Of a stretch of DNA of 35,329 nt, positions 28,001 through 35,329 are shown in pieces. The first letter of the stretch is position 1; every line of letters starts with the position of its first letter. The notes beneath the pieces were generated by a model, which did not search any database, was not told the origin of the DNA, and worked only from the letters and a program-made list of their open reading frames with translations. Both the position numbers and the translations under genes were made by a program. Source of the stretch: Acidimicrobiia bacterium (GTDB taxonomy: Bacteria > Actinomycetota > Acidimicrobiia > Spongiisociales > SHLN01); assembly GCA_041619515.1 (NCBI GenBank), contig JBFKDW010000025.1, forward strand, positions 1-35,329, written 5' to 3'.

Positions 28001-28414
28001 CTGGTCGACGACAAGATCCACGCCCGCTCAACCGGCCCATACTCGATGATCACCCAGCAGCCTCTCGGCGGCAAGGCGCAGTTCGGTGGCCAGCGCTTCG
28101 GGGAGATGGAGGTATGGGCGCTCGAGGCCTATGGAGCCGCCTATGCCCTGCAGGAATTGCTCACCATCAAGTCCGACGATGTCAACGGGCGCGTCAAGGT
28201 GTACGAGGCGATCGTCAAGGGCGAGAACATCCCGGAGCCGGGAATACCGGAGAGTTTCAAGGTACTGGTGAAGGAAATGCAATCGCTCTGCCTCAACGTC
28301 GAGATGCTCTCGGCCGGCGAGGAAGTACAGCTCAAGGAGTTGGACGAGGACGTGTTCCGCACCGCCGAGTCGCTGGGAATCGATATCTCGCGTCCGGAAC
28401 GGACTGAGGCATAG
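25067..28414 (+). CDS. rpoB: RNA polymerase beta subunit
   Basis: [48 protein letters not shown] start after AGGAGG. Confidence 0.99.
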   Translation: MAPARVAQRLSFAKIPEVQPLPDLLATQHESFNWFLETGLQELFDEVFPIEDFTGSLALDLTDHWFADPTLTIEEAKERDSNYSRPLFVTARFMNRQTGEIKEQQVFLGDFPIMTANGTFIVNGTERVVVSQLVRSPGVYFDQVVDKTSDKDLYTAKVIPGRGAWLEFDTDKKDTVGVRVDRKRRQLVTTFLRALEIGESDEEILELFDGAQSIKNTLEKDTTQDRDEALLDLYRKLRPGELTTVESARGLINTLFYNPKRYDLTRVGRYKLSGKFGRKVLDSKQYVSEQHGLLSRDDMLDTIRYIVALHEGREGYRTDDIDHFGNRRIRTVGELIQNQVRVGLTRLERVVRERMTTQDPEVITPQSLINIRPVVASIKEFFGTSQLSQFMDQPNPLAGLTHRRRLSALGPGGLSRERAGFEVRDVHPSHYGRMCPIETPEGPNIGLIGSLATYAKVNRFGFIETPYRRVDKGTVTKNVEYLTASEEESFVIAQANAPLKENGDFANPRVLVRKTGGEIDYVSPKEVDYMDVSPKQIVSVATALIPFLEHDDANRALMGSNMMRQAVPLLKAEAPLVGTGVEPRAAYDSGDMVVAEEAGEVVEIDGDRIVVKESSNNRKKTYRLKKFERSNQGTNLNQKPLVSEGDRVKAGDVLADGPSTDAGELALGKNLLVAFMPWKGHNYEDAIVLSERLVKDDVLTSIHIEEYEIEARDTKLGAEEITRDIPNVAEEVLRDLDDEGIIRVGAEVGPGDYLVGKVTPKGETELTPEERLLRAIFGEKAREVRDTSLKIPHGEGGKVIDVKVFSRDAGDDLPPGMNELVRVYVGQQRKISEGDKLAGRHGNKGVIAKILPEEDMPFLADGTPVDIVLSPLGVPSRMNLGQVLETHLGWAAAQGWRPFKAGSPASGGASAWQRVATPVFDGAREEEIAELLQNSLENKDGLRLVDADGKARLIDGRDGKAFDQPVTVGYLYVLKLLHLVDDKIHARSTGPYSMITQQPLGGKAQFGGQRFGEMEVWALEAYGAAYALQELLTIKSDDVNGRVKVYEAIVKGENIPEPGIPESFKVLVKEMQSLCLNVEMLSAGEEVQLKELDEDVFRTAESLGIDISRPERTEA

Positions 28415-28433
28415 CAATCTGCACCGACCACAG

Positions 28434-28458
28434 CAGCCGCCCACACCGGCGGCGGCTG
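28434..28458 (+). other. Intercistronic hairpin between rpoB and rpoC
   Basis: CAGCCGCC-9 nt-GGCGGCTG perfect 8-bp stem. Confidence 0.5.
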
Positions 28459-28504
28459 AGAGATCTACATACACATGAGATGGAATTGAGACAAGGGGAC
28501 CCGC

Positions 28505-32422
<3,918 letters not shown>

Positions 32423-32429
32423 CGAGGTC

Positions 32430-32490
32430 GTCGCCAACGACGGTCACCACCGTCGGCGAGACGGGGGCGACGATCGCCCCGTCGCGTTGG
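32430..32490 (+). terminator. Tandem GC-rich hairpins after rpoC
   Basis: CGACGGT-CACC-ACCGTCG and GACGGGGGCGA-CGA-TCGCCCCGTC; no U-tract. Confidence 0.5.
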
Positions 32491-32554
32491 TACGTTCCAC
32501 TCGTTTCCGACATTACGGCTGAATCGATCGTCCTGAGGTGCCGATCTTCTTGCC

Positions 32555-33991
32555 ATGGCATCCGGTCCCCTGAGTGCACGATTCGGTGCACGAACGCAAG
32601 TCGCAATCGTCGGCGGAGTGGTCGCAGCGCTCCTTTCGCTCGCCGTCGGAGCGGTGCTGCTCTCCACCTCCTTCGTGGCCCGCCAGATCGTCGACGATGC
32701 CATCGTCCTCGACGAAGCCGAGCTGACGCTGGCCGCCAACGAGATCGCCGTCAAGACCCTCAACCAGGCGGTGCTGCTGAGGGAGGACGAATTGCTGGCC
32801 GTGGCCGACGCTCAGACGGCGACAGCCGCGGTCGACGAAGCTCGTCGCAGCCTCGACCATCTCAGTGAGCAAGGTCATGCGATGCTCGAGGTGCTGCCCG
32901 CCGGGTCGGGCGGCCTGGAGAGGGCGATCGATGCGACGGTGACTGCGGGTGCCTCGGTGGTGACGGCATTGGATCGAGGAGAGGTCGCGTCGGCCGGCGA
33001 CCTGTTGCTGGAGAGATTGCCGGCCTTCGAGACGCTGCGCGACCAGCTCGGCGCGGTGCGTGACTCGGCTCGCTCGAACGTCGAGGCCGCCGAGGGGCTG
33101 GTGGGTCGAACCGGCAGCATGGTGGCGTTCTTGATCGCCCTGATCGTCCCGATCGCGGCGATCCTGGCGTACCGGCAGCTCGCCAAGCAACAGGTACACG
33201 TGGCCGAGGTCGAACTCGATGCTCGTATCGCAGCAGAACAAGAGATCTCCCGGTCGAAGGACGAGCTCATCGGCAACATCTCCCACGAGCTGCGGACACC
33301 CCTCACAAGCATCTTCGGCTTCAGTGAGTTGCTGCTGGACCAGGGTCTCGTCGACCCCGAATCGTCGATGGAGCTGATCGGATTCATCAACCATGAGGCC
33401 GGCGAACTGGGCCGGATGATCGAGGACATCCTCACGATTGCCCGGGCGGAAGGTCATGTCCTGGCCTATCAGTTCGACGCCTATGACCTGCAAACCGAGC
33501 TTCGAGAGTGCGTATCGCCGATGACTGAGCGTGGCGTCGCGATCGATCTGGCTGGGCCGCCGCTCGAGGCCTGGTTCGATCGGATCCGATTCCGCCAGGT
33601 CGTCCGCAACCTCGTTTCCAACGCCGAGCGCCATGGGGGCCCGAACATCAGGATCACATGGCAAGAGCGGGGCGCCACGGCCGAGATCGTTGTGGCCGAT
33701 GATGGGCCGGGGGTGGATCCGGCGGAGGAAGCTCGCCTGTTTGCCGAGTTCTTCCATCAGGGTGAGGCGCCGCTCACCAAAGGCACCCTGGGCATGGGGC
33801 TGGCGGCCGTGCGAATTCTTGCCCATGGGATGAAGGGCAGTGTCCGCTACGAGAGGGCCGAGGGGTGGACCCGGTTCGTCGTGACGCTCCCGACTGCCGC
33901 GGCGGTGGGGTCGGTGGTCCATGCCGACTTCAACCTCGAGGAGGAGTGGCCTCTCCCGCCTGCGGCCGGTGATGCTCGCGCAGGCCAATGA
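32555..33991 (+). CDS. Membrane sensor histidine kinase (HisKA + HATPase), no response regulator in window
   Basis: Two TM segments flanking a helical sensor region; H box ISHELRTPLT, N box RNLVSNAERHG, G1 DDGPGV, G2 GMGLA. Confidence 0.95.
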   Translation: MASGPLSARFGARTQVAIVGGVVAALLSLAVGAVLLSTSFVARQIVDDAIVLDEAELTLAANEIAVKTLNQAVLLREDELLAVADAQTATAAVDEARRSLDHLSEQGHAMLEVLPAGSGGLERAIDATVTAGASVVTALDRGEVASAGDLLLERLPAFETLRDQLGAVRDSARSNVEAAEGLVGRTGSMVAFLIALIVPIAAILAYRQLAKQQVHVAEVELDARIAAEQEISRSKDELIGNISHELRTPLTSIFGFSELLLDQGLVDPESSMELIGFINHEAGELGRMIEDILTIARAEGHVLAYQFDAYDLQTELRECVSPMTERGVAIDLAGPPLEAWFDRIRFRQVVRNLVSNAERHGGPNIRITWQERGATAEIVVADDGPGVDPAEEARLFAEFFHQGEAPLTKGTLGMGLAAVRILAHGMKGSVRYERAEGWTRFVVTLPTAAAVGSVVHADFNLEEEWPLPPAAGDARAGQ

Positions 33992-35329
33992 GTGACCTCG
34001 AGCCCACGGAGGGCCGGATCCCCGTCGGGTTCCCTGCTCGCCGGCAGGCCGAGCCTCGCCGTCATGGGCCCCGGAGCGGATCTGGTCGATCGGCGGCTCG
34101 CATCGCGATCCTGGCGCTGCTGCTGCCGCTGCTGCTCCTCGAGCCCCACTCAGCGCCGGCCGCGGCGGCGAGCGGGAGCTGCTATCTCATCGGCGCCCCG
34201 GTACAAACAGCGCTCGGAATCACCGATCTGAGCGACGTCGACCCGGCTACCAACGAAAGCACTATAGGGTCGATCGGCGGGGTCAATCTGAATTCGGCGG
34301 CCCTGCAGCCATCGACCGGCACCCTGTTCGTGGCCAGGTCGGGGAACGAGCTCGCGACCGTTGATACGGGAACCGCAGCGCCGAACACGGTCGGCAGCTT
34401 CGGATCACAGCCGGGCCCGCTGGGTGCTCGAAACTTCAACAACGTCGTCGCGCTGGGATTCGACCCTACCGACGGGTCCTTGTTCGGCGTGCAACGCGAG
34501 CCCGGCACGCCCGATCTCCTCTTCCAGGTCGATCCGGCCACCGGTGGCTCGATTCCCGACGCGTTCGGGCCGGGAGCGGGCTACGTCGAAATCATCTCCG
34601 ACATGTCGGCGCAGACGGACTTTTACGGGGTCGTCGTGGACCCCGGCGGCCAGATGTGGGCCATGGGAAACGATGGCATAAGCCAGTGGAAGCTGCACTC
34701 CATCGACAAGGCAACCGGAGACGCACTCGACGTGCTCAATTCGTCGGAAGCCATCGACCTCAGCTTCGACTCCGCTGGGAATCTCTGGGGACTATCGAGT
34801 GGCGGAAACCTGTTCGAGGTGAACGGTGCTGAGCCGGCACGACCCGTCGACGACCTCATCCCGTACTCGGCGGTGGCCTGTGTCCTCAGCACCAACCAGG
34901 CGCCTGTCTTCGACACCGACTTGCCGGACCGGGCCGACACGGAGGGCACCCTCATCAGCCTGGCCGCGGGAGCCTCCGATCCCGACTTCGATGCCTTGCT
35001 GTACTCCGCGGACGGCCTCCCGCCCGGGCTCAGCATCGATCCCGACTCGGGGCACATCTCGGGAACGATATCGTTCGCCGCCGCAGTGGGATCTCCCTAC
35101 TCGACGGTGATCACCGTGACCGACGACGGGACGCCCAACCTCAGTGCAACCGACACCTTCACCTGGGCGGTGGCCGACGCCAACGGGCCGCCGGTGTTGG
35201 ATCCGGTGGGTGATGTGTCGGGGGATGAGGGGACGCTGATTGGGTTTACTGCGACTGGGTCTGATCCGGATAGCCCGGCTGATGGGATGACGTTCTCCTT
35301 GTCGGGGGAGCCGGCGGGGGCGGTGATCA
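33988..35329 (+). CDS. Secreted protein with propeller-like N-terminal region and putative Ig/cadherin-like repeats (partial, open at window end; absent from the ORF track)
   Basis: Translated by hand, no stop to window end: signal-like RIAILALLLPLLLLEPHSAPAAA; blade-like repeats (LQPSTGTLF, FDPTDGSLFG, VDPGGQMWA, FDSAGNLWG); then NQAPVF..ASDPD..YSADGLPPGLSIDPDSGHISGT..VTVTDDG and a second NGPPVLDPV..ATGSDPD unit. Confidence 0.9.
   Translation, partial: MSDLEPTEGRIPVGFPARRQAEPRRHGPRSGSGRSAARIAILALLLPLLLLEPHSAPAAAASGSCYLIGAPVQTALGITDLSDVDPATNESTIGSIGGVNLNSAALQPSTGTLFVARSGNELATVDTGTAAPNTVGSFGSQPGPLGARNFNNVVALGFDPTDGSLFGVQREPGTPDLLFQVDPATGGSIPDAFGPGAGYVEIISDMSAQTDFYGVVVDPGGQMWAMGNDGISQWKLHSIDKATGDALDVLNSSEAIDLSFDSAGNLWGLSSGGNLFEVNGAEPARPVDDLIPYSAVACVLSTNQAPVFDTDLPDRADTEGTLISLAAGASDPDFDALLYSADGLPPGLSIDPDSGHISGTISFAAAVGSPYSTVITVTDDGTPNLSATDTFTWAVADANGPPVLDPVGDVSGDEGTLIGFTATGSDPDSPADGMTFSLSGEPAGAVI

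Overview
GC-rich bacterial chromosomal segment, inferred to be from an actinobacterium (gene order, ZAS anti-sigma, leaderless-type promoters; class not determinable from sequence alone). It is mostly housekeeping: tRNA-Thr/tRNA-Met, rpmG, a fused double hotdog (HadA/HadB-like) dehydratase, an ECF sigma/ZAS anti-sigma pair, tRNA-Trp, secE-nusG-rplK-rplA, L10 leader-rplJ-rplL; then about 18.5 kb separating rplL from rpoB, holding a de novo purine cluster (purN-purH on +; purD-E-C-S-Q-L-F-M on -), a small accessory islet (SRPBCC, NiCoT-type metal transporter, VOC, ferritin-like) and a GNAT-hydantoinase/oxoprolinase A/B operon; then rpoB-rpoC, an orphan sensor kinase and the 5' part of a secreted propeller-like/Ig-repeat protein running off the window. 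No integrase, transposase, cas gene or true CRISPR array is visible. The most unusual items are (1) a 116-bp tandem array of promoter plus remodelled tRNA-Thr 5' fragments upstream of the real tRNA, (2) a hairpin-seeded mosaic repeat array after purH, (3) a metal transporter whose signature motif can only be translated from a non-canonical ATC start, (4) long acidic repeat tails on NusG and L10, and (5) a kinase translationally coupled to a surface protein with an abrupt codon-usage switch. I cannot claim a demonstrated new system; these are candidates. All product calls rest on motif recognition by eye, not database searches.
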